This document shows positions 8,773 to 16,955 of a stretch of DNA of 36,614 nucleotides, in pieces (within the stretch, counting starts at the first letter, position 1; each line of letters starts with the position of its first letter). The DNA comes from a bacterium (GTDB lineage Bacteria; Babelota; Babeliae; Babelales; Vermiphilaceae). The notes under the pieces were generated by a model. The model did not search any database. It saw only the letters and a list, made by a program, of their open reading frames with translations, and was not told the DNA's origin. The translations under genes and the position numbers were made by a program. The stretch is from positions 1-36,614 of the forward strand of contig DAOUPL010000001.1 in assembly GCA_030626185.1 (NCBI GenBank). Reading direction: 5' to 3'.

Positions 8773-8946
8773 ACTCACATCCTCTTTCTTTTTTGTCAGC
8801 ATACCGCTAATACAATGCTAATCGTCAAGTTTTAGCTTGCTTTAAAGATGTTTGATAAAAAATATAAAAATCTAAATTGCCTAATTTTAGGTACAATGGT
8901 ATCTTTTAATCACTCATATAAACACAAAACGCTTTTCCACAGGATT

Positions 8947-9336
8947 ATGATGAAAAAATTATTATTCACACTAGCACTTGCTGTCGCATTACCATTGCAC
9001 GTGCCAATACAAGCCAAAAACCCACTTGCTCAAGCAAAAGTAGAAAAGCTTGCAAGCAAATGGCCATTGAACACGAAACAAACAGTAATACTTGTAGCCA
9101 TTGCTGGAATTTTATATTTTGTAAATCCGATAGACTTATTGGTCAAGTTAATTATGGTATTTGGCCTTTTTTTTGTTTTATGGCATTCAGGAGAAATTGC
9201 TTCTGCTATAAAAAAACGTGACTTTAAAGAATTATTGCCTAAAATAAAAAAATATGTTGGCAAAAGCATTACTATTACAAAAAGCATGATTGATGGATGG
9301 ATGAATCAAGGCGAAATTAACGAAATTATTATTTAA
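8947..9336 (+). CDS. Membrane protein, signal peptide plus two TM helices, unknown function
   Basis: The ORF is 8848..9336. ATG 8947 follows AGGA and gives MMKKLLFTLALAVALPLHVPIQA. Two hydrophobic helices follow (VILVAIAGILYFV and LIMVFGLFFVLW). Confidence 0.5.
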   Translation: MMKKLLFTLALAVALPLHVPIQAKNPLAQAKVEKLASKWPLNTKQTVILVAIAGILYFVNPIDLLVKLIMVFGLFFVLWHSGEIASAIKKRDFKELLPKIKKYVGKSITITKSMIDGWMNQGEINEIII

Positions 9337-9337
9337 C

Positions 9338-9973
9338 CTAACGCCATAAATCATCAATTATCCGCTCTACGCGCACAACATCACTACCACGACGAACAAT
9401 AACCGGTTTTTGAAGCGTACAATCGACGATTGTTGACGATTGTACGTCTTTCTCCGTGCTTTCTGGATCATCACAAATAACTAAATCAACGCTCTCAAGC
9501 AAATCTTTGTCAATCTCATCACACGTTGTAGGAATTGGTTGCTCTGTTTTATTAGCGCTAGTTGAGAACAATGGGCCAACTTGACGCATAACAGACGTCA
9601 ACTGCTCATGCACCGGTAAGCGTAACGCAATGGCCCCAGAAGAAGACCGCAAAAATGACTCTATTCCCTCTTTGGTAGGCAAAATCACCGTCACTGGCCC
9701 TGGCCAAACTTCTTTAAGAAACGCCATAATCTTTGGTTTATCAGCAAAATCAACAAATTGCTCTACATCAGAAAACTTTTCTATAAGAATCAAATATGAC
9801 TTATTTTTTCTATTTTTCAACATATTCAACTTTTCAAAACCAATGCGATTAGTACGTGCAAAAAGACCAAACACCGTATCTGATGGCGCAATAACGACCT
9901 TATTATCACACAAGACATCAATCACTTGGTTAGCTATTTCTGGGGTATACCAATGAATACACGACTCTTTCAT
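9338..9973 (-). CDS. tsaC: L-threonylcarbamoyladenylate synthase (YrdC/Sua5 family)
   Basis: YrdC-domain motifs are present: VIAPSDTVFGL, PGPVTVIL, ALRLPVH and GPLFSTSANKTEQP. I place the start at ATG 9973. The ORF stays open to 10030. Confidence 0.85.
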   Translation of the reverse strand: MKESCIHWYTPEIANQVIDVLCDNKVVIAPSDTVFGLFARTNRIGFEKLNMLKNRKNKSYLILIEKFSDVEQFVDFADKPKIMAFLKEVWPGPVTVILPTKEGIESFLRSSSGAIALRLPVHEQLTSVMRQVGPLFSTSANKTEQPIPTTCDEIDKDLLESVDLVICDDPESTEKDVQSSTIVDCTLQKPVIVRRGSDVVRVERIIDDLWR

Positions 9974-10120
9974 CTTTTCTCTTTTGAAAATAAACCTAAA
10001 GGTTAACGTTAAATAATTTTTCTTTGACATTTTTGCAAATACCGTTATTATTAATAATAGCAGAGCTATTTAACGAAAAAAAGTAACCACATTTAAAAAC
10101 TCATACAAGATGGGAATATT

Positions 10121-11545
10121 ATGAATAATACAAATATTGCAAAACGTACTAGCAAAGGTGCTATCGCGCCTGGTGCTAAACAGTACAGCTATAATGACTT
10201 AATCAATTTTCTTGATAAAAATTGGCATACTAATGCCAATGACACCTCGCTTGCAGCAGCTAAAGAACTTGATAAAGCCCTTGGCTCTTTATCACAAAAA
10301 ATAGATAGTATCTTAATTTGTGGAAGCAACGGCAAAAGTTTAACCACTGACTTTGCAGCAAAATTACTCAAAGAAGAAGGATTGCGCGTAGGGACGATGT
10401 CTTCACCGCATATTTTGACGTATAACGAACGTATCAGCCTAAACGGCAAAGCAGTTTCTAACAAAACATTTGCTGAAATTGGCAATAAAGTTCTTAACAC
10501 AGCTGCAACGCTTGATCTTACGCCAAATTCTCTTGACGTATTAGTCATGATGGCGCTTGTGTACTTTACTGATCAAAAAACAGATCTTACTATTTTTGAA
10601 TACGATGAAACAGTTGCTGCTCATGCTGCAACATTATGTTCACCAAAAATTATCACTGTCACACGTGCAATTGATGACAACATCGATTCACAAAAAACAG
10701 TTAACGAAGAATTATTGCAAAAAATGCTTACTTCAGTGACTAAAGAGACAATTGTTGTTTCAGCTGATCAAAGCAAACTTAACTTACAACGCATGCAAGA
10801 AATCACTGAATCAAAAGGTGGCAAGTGGGCAATGCCTATCAGAAAACTTGCTGATTTGGTCTATCCATTTGGTCAACTTCATGGTCGTTGTGCAGCGTTG
10901 GCTGAACGTACCGCATATTTTTATGTAAATGAATTTGCTGATAAAAAGAAAATTAATCTTGAAATAAGTTTGCTTGCAAAGAAAAAAAGACAACGTGGTC
11001 GTCCAACTTTAGAAGCCAAACGTAAACAAGAACTTAACCCTCATCGTACAGTTGAACAATTCTGGCATGAACAAAAAGATGCGTTATCTGGTAAGTTCCA
11101 AGTACTTGATAAAGAAAAACCAACAATCTTGCTTGACAGTGCAGACAACGTTGATGCGTTAGAAAACTTATTACTTGGTGTTCGTCTCCTTCATTACCAA
11201 CGCCCAATTAAAGGCATTGCGTTAATGATTGGTAACAACACTGATTTGCATACGCAAAAGTTCTTTAAGTTATTGCGCTACTTCTTTAAAAAGATGTCAG
11301 GACAAATTGTTGTATGCCCAACACCAATCGAACCAGGTACTTCAGCAACAGCAAAATGGGATGCAGCAGCAATCACCAACGAAATAAAAAGCATGAAAAT
11401 CAAAGCACATTTGGCAAAAGATTTTAATCATGGCTTTGAATATGCAAAAAAACTTGTTGATGATCGCAACGGTCTTGTTATCATTACTGGCTCAAACGAG
11501 ATGGTAACACATTACTGGAAAAACAAAGGCATTAAAAAAATATAA
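10121..11545 (+). CDS. Folylpolyglutamate synthase-like Mur-ligase family protein, divergent
   Basis: ILICGSNGKSLT (compare GTNGKGST), GTMSSPHILTYNERISLNG and the C-terminal LLDSADNVDA..VIITGS resemble FolC. The EVGLGGRLDATN and IGLDH motifs are degenerate here (EYDETVAAHAATL and AIDDN). Confidence 0.7.
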   Translation: MNNTNIAKRTSKGAIAPGAKQYSYNDLINFLDKNWHTNANDTSLAAAKELDKALGSLSQKIDSILICGSNGKSLTTDFAAKLLKEEGLRVGTMSSPHILTYNERISLNGKAVSNKTFAEIGNKVLNTAATLDLTPNSLDVLVMMALVYFTDQKTDLTIFEYDETVAAHAATLCSPKIITVTRAIDDNIDSQKTVNEELLQKMLTSVTKETIVVSADQSKLNLQRMQEITESKGGKWAMPIRKLADLVYPFGQLHGRCAALAERTAYFYVNEFADKKKINLEISLLAKKKRQRGRPTLEAKRKQELNPHRTVEQFWHEQKDALSGKFQVLDKEKPTILLDSADNVDALENLLLGVRLLHYQRPIKGIALMIGNNTDLHTQKFFKLLRYFFKKMSGQIVVCPTPIEPGTSATAKWDAAAITNEIKSMKIKAHLAKDFNHGFEYAKKLVDDRNGLVIITGSNEMVTHYWKNKGIKKI

Positions 11546-11563
11546 CCGAGTTATTAATCACAC

Positions 11564-11848
11564 ATGATTCCAACAGAACTTTATTCAGTCTTTGTTGGCG
11601 CTTGTGCAGGAACTTTATATGGGCTTTCCTTTTTATTACAAGGGAAAGCCTTTTTTTCCTCCCAGCGCACTTCATCAAAGATAACACGACTCTTAATCCC
11701 ATTAATTCGCGTGACAAGCATCACCGTGTTGCTACTTTATCTATTGCGTTCTACGCCATTGCAGCCTATACTAATATTACTTTCGTTTTTAGTATTTTTT
11801 TGGATTAATATCCTACTTGCAAAGGCATCATCACATGGAAGGCTTTAG
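11564..11848 (+). CDS. Small membrane protein upstream of atpB (AtpI/AtpR-like by position)
   Basis: 94 aa with 3 hydrophobic segments. It lies immediately upstream of, and overlaps, the F0 a-subunit gene. The assignment rests on position only. Confidence 0.35.
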   Translation: MIPTELYSVFVGACAGTLYGLSFLLQGKAFFSSQRTSSKITRLLIPLIRVTSITVLLLYLLRSTPLQPILILLSFLVFFWINILLAKASSHGRL

Positions 11849-12566
11849 TCTTGCCAGCAAACATAGCTATCAACTATTATCTTTTTTAGGTATTAATCAC
11901 CCATTGCTATCAGTCAACATGGAAATAATCTTCCATACGTGGATAATTATGGGCATCATGATACTGACGCTTGTTGCTGCACGATTTATTTTGCATTACT
12001 CCATTGGTATTGCACGATTTACGGTTGTGCAAAGTGCGCAAACATTTATAAATTTGTGTGATGAATCTCTTGGTGAATTCAATTTTGCTCATGTGACCTT
12101 TATCACCACATTATTTTTGTTTATCGCTGGTTGCAATGTGTTACCAGTAATCCCGTGGCTTGAAGAACCAACACGTGATCTCAACACAACGCTTGCACTC
12201 GGCATTTTATCATTTTTGTACATCCAAAAAACCGATATTGCAACAAACGGCTTTATCAATTACATAAAAGGGTACTTTTCACCCTTCTTTTTATTGTTTC
12301 CACTCAACATTGTGGGCAAAATTGCCTCAATTGTTTCAGTTGCATTTCGTCTTTTTGGTAATATATTTGGTGGATCAATTATCACCACACTCTATTTTAC
12401 TGGATTATCAAAATCATGGTACTTACAAGTTTTTGGGATTGTAACCGGACTTAATTTATTAATTGTTGGTTTTTTCACCATCTTTGAAGGCATGTTGCAA
12501 GCATTTGTGTTTACCATGTTAACGCTGACGTATCTTGCAATGGCTACGCAAAAAGATGGTCGCTAA
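11835..12566 (+). CDS. atpB: F-type ATP synthase F0 subunit a
   Basis: FRLFGNIFGGSII carries the conserved stator Arg. The protein has 5-6 TM helices and sits just upstream of the c subunit. I use ATG 11835. The ORF opens at TTG 11817. Confidence 0.88.
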   Translation: MEGFSLASKHSYQLLSFLGINHPLLSVNMEIIFHTWIIMGIMILTLVAARFILHYSIGIARFTVVQSAQTFINLCDESLGEFNFAHVTFITTLFLFIAGCNVLPVIPWLEEPTRDLNTTLALGILSFLYIQKTDIATNGFINYIKGYFSPFFLLFPLNIVGKIASIVSVAFRLFGNIFGGSIITTLYFTGLSKSWYLQVFGIVTGLNLLIVGFFTIFEGMLQAFVFTMLTLTYLAMATQKDGR

Positions 12567-12585
12567 TTATGAAAGTTATTAATCA

Positions 12586-13551
12586 ATGATGTTTATTGCC
12601 TACTTTTTGCACTATTTTACTATTGCACTTGCTCTTGGCCTCAATTCATTAGGCGTTGGCATAGCTGAAGGACTCGTTGGCATTGCAGCAATAGATGCAA
12701 TAAACAAACAACCTCACGCGATGGATGCTATTCGTCGTACTGCGCTCATTGGCATGGCATTAATTGAAACAACCGCAATTATTAGTGTGTTAACCGTGAT
12801 CATGCTTGTGCTACAAACGCCTGACAGTGATGGTATGTGGTACACGTCATTAACTTCTATAGGTATTATTGCCGCAATTTGCATAAGTGGTTTTGTTATC
12901 AGTTTAATCTCAGCAGCACCGATACAATCAGCATGCAACACAATAGCACGACAACCATTTATGGCACAAAAAATATTAACGTTCATGATTATGACGCTTG
13001 CGATCATTCAAACACCAATCATTATCAATTTTGTACTCATGGTAATCATGTACAACAATGCGCTACAAAGTACTTGCTTAGCAGAAAGTTTACGATTAAT
13101 CTCAACTGGCATAAGTGTTGGCTTTGGTTGCATCGGCCCAGTAATTGGCATGAGCATCTTTGCAAAAACTGCATGCAAAAGTATTGGCATTAATCCACGT
13201 GCTTACAACAAAATTTTTGCATTTACACTTATTAGCCAAGCAATTATAGAAACTCCCGTAATTTTTGCTATTTTAGTCAGCGTTGTGCAACTATTTGTAA
13301 TTCCAACACTTACTGATAGCGAACTTCTTCGTGGCGTAGCATTACTCGCTGGTAGCATCGCCATCGGCATTGGCACGTTTGGCACTGGCATCTCTTCTGG
13401 CAAAACAGCCGCAGCGGCCTGCACGCAACTTGCAGAAAATCCTAAACAAAGTTCACAAGTTTCTCGCACAAGCCTCATCGCACAAGGACTTATTGAGACG
13501 ACCGCAATTTATAGTATTTTGCTCGCGCTTATCTTAACCTTTTTGTTCTAA
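12586..13551 (+). CDS. atpE: F-type ATP synthase subunit c, four fused c hairpins in one 321-aa polypeptide
   Basis: Four consecutive helix-loop-helix units are present. The polar loops are NKQP (aa 40-43), ARQP (121-124), GINP (201-204) and AENP (283-286). Exactly 18 residues after each loop Pro lie E61, Q142, E222 and E304. Gly-rich first helices occur in units 1, 3 and 4. The ORF has no in-frame stop. Confidence 0.8.
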   Translation: MMFIAYFLHYFTIALALGLNSLGVGIAEGLVGIAAIDAINKQPHAMDAIRRTALIGMALIETTAIISVLTVIMLVLQTPDSDGMWYTSLTSIGIIAAICISGFVISLISAAPIQSACNTIARQPFMAQKILTFMIMTLAIIQTPIIINFVLMVIMYNNALQSTCLAESLRLISTGISVGFGCIGPVIGMSIFAKTACKSIGINPRAYNKIFAFTLISQAIIETPVIFAILVSVVQLFVIPTLTDSELLRGVALLAGSIAIGIGTFGTGISSGKTAAAACTQLAENPKQSSQVSRTSLIAQGLIETTAIYSILLALILTFLF

Positions 13552-13612
13552 ACAAAAACTTGTTATAACTAAATAAACGGTAACAAACGCATAAAAAAGA
13601 GGAGTGTATACC

Positions 13613-14518
13613 GTGCACAAGTTGTACAATAATGTTCTTGATGCCATTGGCAACACACCATGCGTTAACGTAACGTTTAATGATACGCACTTTTATGCAA
13701 AATTAGAATACCTCAATCCTGGTGGCAGCATAAAAGATCGTTCAGCGCTGTATCTTATCGAACATGCTGAAAAAAACGGTTTACTCAAGCCCGGTTACAC
13801 AATCATCGATGCATCGTCAGGAAACCACGGCATTGCGTTGGCCATGATTGGTGCAATAAAAAACTATCCGGTGATCATTACCGTTTCAGAAAAGATAAGT
13901 AAAGAAAAGCATGACGCAATAAAAGCGTACGGAGCACAAACAATTATGTGCCCTGCAACAACTTTTTTAGAAGATGAACTAAGTTACCATAGTCAAGCAA
14001 AAAAACTACACGAACAAGATCCTCATTCGTTTATGCCCAATCAATACTTTAATCAAGTCAACGCTCAAGGCCATTATTATTCACTCGGGCCAGAATTGTG
14101 GAAACAAAGTAATGGAAAAATCACGCATCTTATCGCTGCAGCTGGCACTGGTGGCACCATAAGTGGCGCAGGAAAGTTTTTAAAAGAACAAAATTCAGAA
14201 ATACAAGTTATCGCCGTTGATGCACAAAACTCATATCGCTCAACAAACGGAAACCCACAACCATACCACGTTGAAGGTATGGGTGTGGATTTTGTTTCAC
14301 CAGTTTTAAATCACAACGTGATCGATAAATTTATTGCGGTAAACGATGATGACGCGTTTGCTATAATGCATTTACTCAGTAAACAACACGGTATTCTTGC
14401 CGGTCCGTCTAGCGGTGCTGTCGCACACGCCGCTCATGAATTTTGCAAAAATCACCAACCAGAATGTATGGTTGCTATTTTTGGTGATTCGGGGCGTGCG
14501 TACTTGAGCAAGTGCTAA
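13613..14518 (+). CDS. Cysteine synthase / cystathionine beta-synthase family PLP enzyme
   Basis: Motifs are LNPGGSIKDRSALY (Schiff-base Lys), SSGNHGIALA and AAAGTGGTISG. GTG 13613 lies 8 nt after AAGAGGAG (13597-13604). An in-frame GTG at 13604 is also possible. Confidence 0.85.
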   Translation: MHKLYNNVLDAIGNTPCVNVTFNDTHFYAKLEYLNPGGSIKDRSALYLIEHAEKNGLLKPGYTIIDASSGNHGIALAMIGAIKNYPVIITVSEKISKEKHDAIKAYGAQTIMCPATTFLEDELSYHSQAKKLHEQDPHSFMPNQYFNQVNAQGHYYSLGPELWKQSNGKITHLIAAAGTGGTISGAGKFLKEQNSEIQVIAVDAQNSYRSTNGNPQPYHVEGMGVDFVSPVLNHNVIDKFIAVNDDDAFAIMHLLSKQHGILAGPSSGAVAHAAHEFCKNHQPECMVAIFGDSGRAYLSKC

Positions 14519-15912
14519 CTTGTATAACTTGGTTGCGTTGTTCGTTGACCACCACCAAGGCCTGATGTTGTTTGTATATCACCTGGAAAAACAGTTTGTA
14601 AAATACCGGTAATAACATTATGGCCATCACTTCTTTCTACAGACTTTCCAAATTTATTACCCTTAATCCATTCTAATTGCTTATCTTTTGATAATCGTTT
14701 AGGATAACCGTCTAAAAACTTTCTTTGTGCTTTAGTTAATGAATCTGATATCAAAGCACGCTCTATTTCTTCATAAGAAAATATTTGTTTTTTAATTGGA
14801 ATAGAAAAATTAAGATACTTCGGAGAACCTTTAAACAAATTTGCTAAGCCTGTTACAATATTTATTAGCGCATTTGTTTCATTCACTCTTGCGCCAGTAC
14901 GGCCTTGTTTGTGTTGAGCACTTTCTGTAACTTCTTTTTTTATAACTTGTAATTGACTACCAGTTAACTCTAAACCAGAATCTTTCAATTGTTGATTGTT
15001 ATTAATCTGATCAAGCAAATTATTCGAAAATTCTCCATCATTACATTCATAATTTTCTTTTACGAACGGCTTTGCCAACTCCTTAAGATGGTAATTTTCA
15101 AAACCCAATTGGAATGCGGTTACAACATTTTCCATTTTTTGTCGCGTACCTTGTGATAACAAGTTTTCATATTGCTGTATTGCAGATTTTATTTCAACAT
15201 CTTTAAGCTTTTCTGCTTTTTCACATTGCTGTTCTGCAGATACTATTTGCCAATCCAAGCTTTCTCCTTGCTTTATAGAGTTTGCAAGTTGCTGTTTTGT
15301 AGATTTTATTTCAATAGGATTAAGCTTTTCTGCTCTATCATTTTGTAACTTTAAACCTGTTCCTTGATCTTCAGCGTTAGTAAGGTTTTGCTGCGCACTC
15401 CCCAACTCAACAATACTTCTTTCCTTATTTAGCCAATACGCACTTAAAGCAAAAAATTCAAGTTCTGTAACCATATCTGAATAAAATTTTAAGATATTTA
15501 ATGAATCATCATAATCGGGAAGACATTTTTTTTCTTGATATTTTTTAGAAAATGAGTCGACCACTTCTTTAAAAATAGGTCTTCTGTAACCCCAAAGACC
15601 TGATTGAATTTCTTCAATTTGAGCTTTTTGTATTGCTGAATTAAGTTGCAACTTTGCGCTTTCTAGATTTACTTCTTGAGTTTTATAGTCACCCTTTGCC
15701 CAAGATACAAAATAGCCTCCAGCAACTGCACTCAAAACACTTACGGTCAATTCAAAACCATACTTAATAACAAGTGGTTGAATTGCTGACCATAAATTGC
15801 CATTATTTTCATCAGGGTGTTCTTCAGCACATCTTACAAAATTTGATGAAGCCAACAGAACGCTCAAAACAAGAGAACTAAAAAATGATAACTTTTTCTT
15901 TTGTGCAAACAT
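14515..15912 (-). CDS. Secreted coiled-coil hypothetical protein with an internal 39-aa duplication
   Basis: AGAGG precedes ATG 15912. The signal peptide is MFAQKKKLSFFSSLVLSVLLASSNFVRCAE. The protein is Q/E/K-rich and helical, with duplicated AEKL(N/K)..EIKS..QQ units. I recognise no family. Confidence 0.6.
   Translation of the reverse strand: MFAQKKKLSFFSSLVLSVLLASSNFVRCAEEHPDENNGNLWSAIQPLVIKYGFELTVSVLSAVAGGYFVSWAKGDYKTQEVNLESAKLQLNSAIQKAQIEEIQSGLWGYRRPIFKEVVDSFSKKYQEKKCLPDYDDSLNILKFYSDMVTELEFFALSAYWLNKERSIVELGSAQQNLTNAEDQGTGLKLQNDRAEKLNPIEIKSTKQQLANSIKQGESLDWQIVSAEQQCEKAEKLKDVEIKSAIQQYENLLSQGTRQKMENVVTAFQLGFENYHLKELAKPFVKENYECNDGEFSNNLLDQINNNQQLKDSGLELTGSQLQVIKKEVTESAQHKQGRTGARVNETNALINIVTGLANLFKGSPKYLNFSIPIKKQIFSYEEIERALISDSLTKAQRKFLDGYPKRLSKDKQLEWIKGNKFGKSVERSDGHNVITGILQTVFPGDIQTTSGLGGGQRTTQPSYTS
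15184..15333 (-). repeat. Internal 117-bp-spaced duplication within CDS 14515..15912
   Basis: AGATTTTATTTCAA(CATC/TAGG)(T/A)TTAAGCTTTTCTGC occurs at 15184-15216 and 15301-15333. It encodes AEKLKDVEIKS and AEKLNPIEIKS. Confidence 0.8.
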
Positions 15913-15927
15913 AGGAACCTCTATAAT

Positions 15928-16953
15928 TTAAAATTCGAATTTACTGAATAAATCATCAAGCTCTTCTTCTTTTTGTTCATCACGCTCTTTGCCTTTTATA
16001 ATTCTGCGCAACAAGCTTCTAATTGAATCTTTTTTCTTTTTAACAATAAACACTGCTGACGTAATTACTGAAGCAGCCAAAATACTTTTACCAGAAGTTG
16101 TTGCTAGCAAAAAATTATACCATGAAAAACTATCTAAATACTGTTGCTGTACAATGCTTGGAATCTCTAATGGCCAGATTGCTATTTCATAAAAACGTTT
16201 AAATAAAGTATTTTCTTCGTTTTCAATTTTTTCTTTTTTACGATCTTCTTTTTCATTGTTTACCATTTTTGTGAGCTCTTTAATCTCAACTTCTTTAGCA
16301 TGGTAATATAATTTTTTCTCTTCTAATCTTTCTAAAAAAGCAAGTTCAAAAAACAATGCATTTTCTATTTCTTCTTTATCATTACTACTTTTAGCTTTTT
16401 GCCAATCGTTAAACAAACGCAAAGCTTTATTACCAGAAATTTTCGCTATCGAAATTTCTTCTTCACCACTAATCAAAACTCTCTGTACATCGATTAAATG
16501 CTTAGAACACATAGAAAGATAGCTTCTGAGTACTTCAATCTCTACAACACCATCTTTGGCATGCTTGCCTCCCAGTAAATTTGGTATACCAAGATTCTCT
16601 AATTGATTTTTCAAATCTTCTTGCGTGTCTAGGTGAAAAGAATCTTGTGCTAATTGCGAAGCATTGTACACAATCTGTGCTCGTTGAGAAAGCTGATTAG
16701 CAAGTGCATCTATTTGTTGCCCAATGTGATGAAGCGTACCATCCACTCCTAAATCATTTTTAGTCCAATTAACAGTTGCTATTTCTAGAATGTTATTTCG
16801 CGTCCAAAGTGATGAATCACTTTTAAAATCATCATGATGCATACGCTCACATAAAACTATGTTACTAAACGCCAAAAATCCACACATCACCAACACCGTC
16901 AGTAACGTATTCTTCTTTTTTTGTGCTTGTTTATTCATGTTAAAAAAAATCAT
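15928..16953 (-). CDS. Secreted/membrane-anchored coiled-coil hypothetical protein
   Basis: The leader ..MNKQAQKKKNTLLTVLVMCGFLAFSNIVLCE resembles that of the downstream gene. A C-proximal TM helix (ILAASVITSAVFIV) is followed by a charged tail. An alternative start is ATG 16938. Confidence 0.6.
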   Translation of the reverse strand: MIFFNMNKQAQKKKNTLLTVLVMCGFLAFSNIVLCERMHHDDFKSDSSLWTRNNILEIATVNWTKNDLGVDGTLHHIGQQIDALANQLSQRAQIVYNASQLAQDSFHLDTQEDLKNQLENLGIPNLLGGKHAKDGVVEIEVLRSYLSMCSKHLIDVQRVLISGEEEISIAKISGNKALRLFNDWQKAKSSNDKEEIENALFFELAFLERLEEKKLYYHAKEVEIKELTKMVNNEKEDRKKEKIENEENTLFKRFYEIAIWPLEIPSIVQQQYLDSFSWYNFLLATTSGKSILAASVITSAVFIVKKKKDSIRSLLRRIIKGKERDEQKEEELDDLFSKFEF

Positions 16954-16955
16954 AA

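Noticed and set aside
8773-8802. 10-codon N-terminal extension of the pilin ORF (MLTKKKEDVS)
   Set aside because: The AGAGGA RBS sits inside it, 7 nt before ATG 8772. A short MMKKG leader is typical for prepilins.
12714-13478. Several 60-118-aa ORFs on both strands inside atpE (12714..13007, 12837..13193, 13008..13190, 13203..13478)
   Set aside because: They are shadow ORFs within a strongly supported CDS. None has a motif or an RBS. The c-hairpin periodicity exists only in the 12586 frame.
12586-13551. Alternative reading of the 321-aa proteolipid as a V/A-type K/c subunit
   Set aside because: The loops carry the F-type R/N-Q/N-P motif with Glu at +18. The adjacent gene is a 243-aa F-type a subunit, not a 600+-aa V-type I/a subunit. 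I cannot exclude an N-ATPase-like affiliation.
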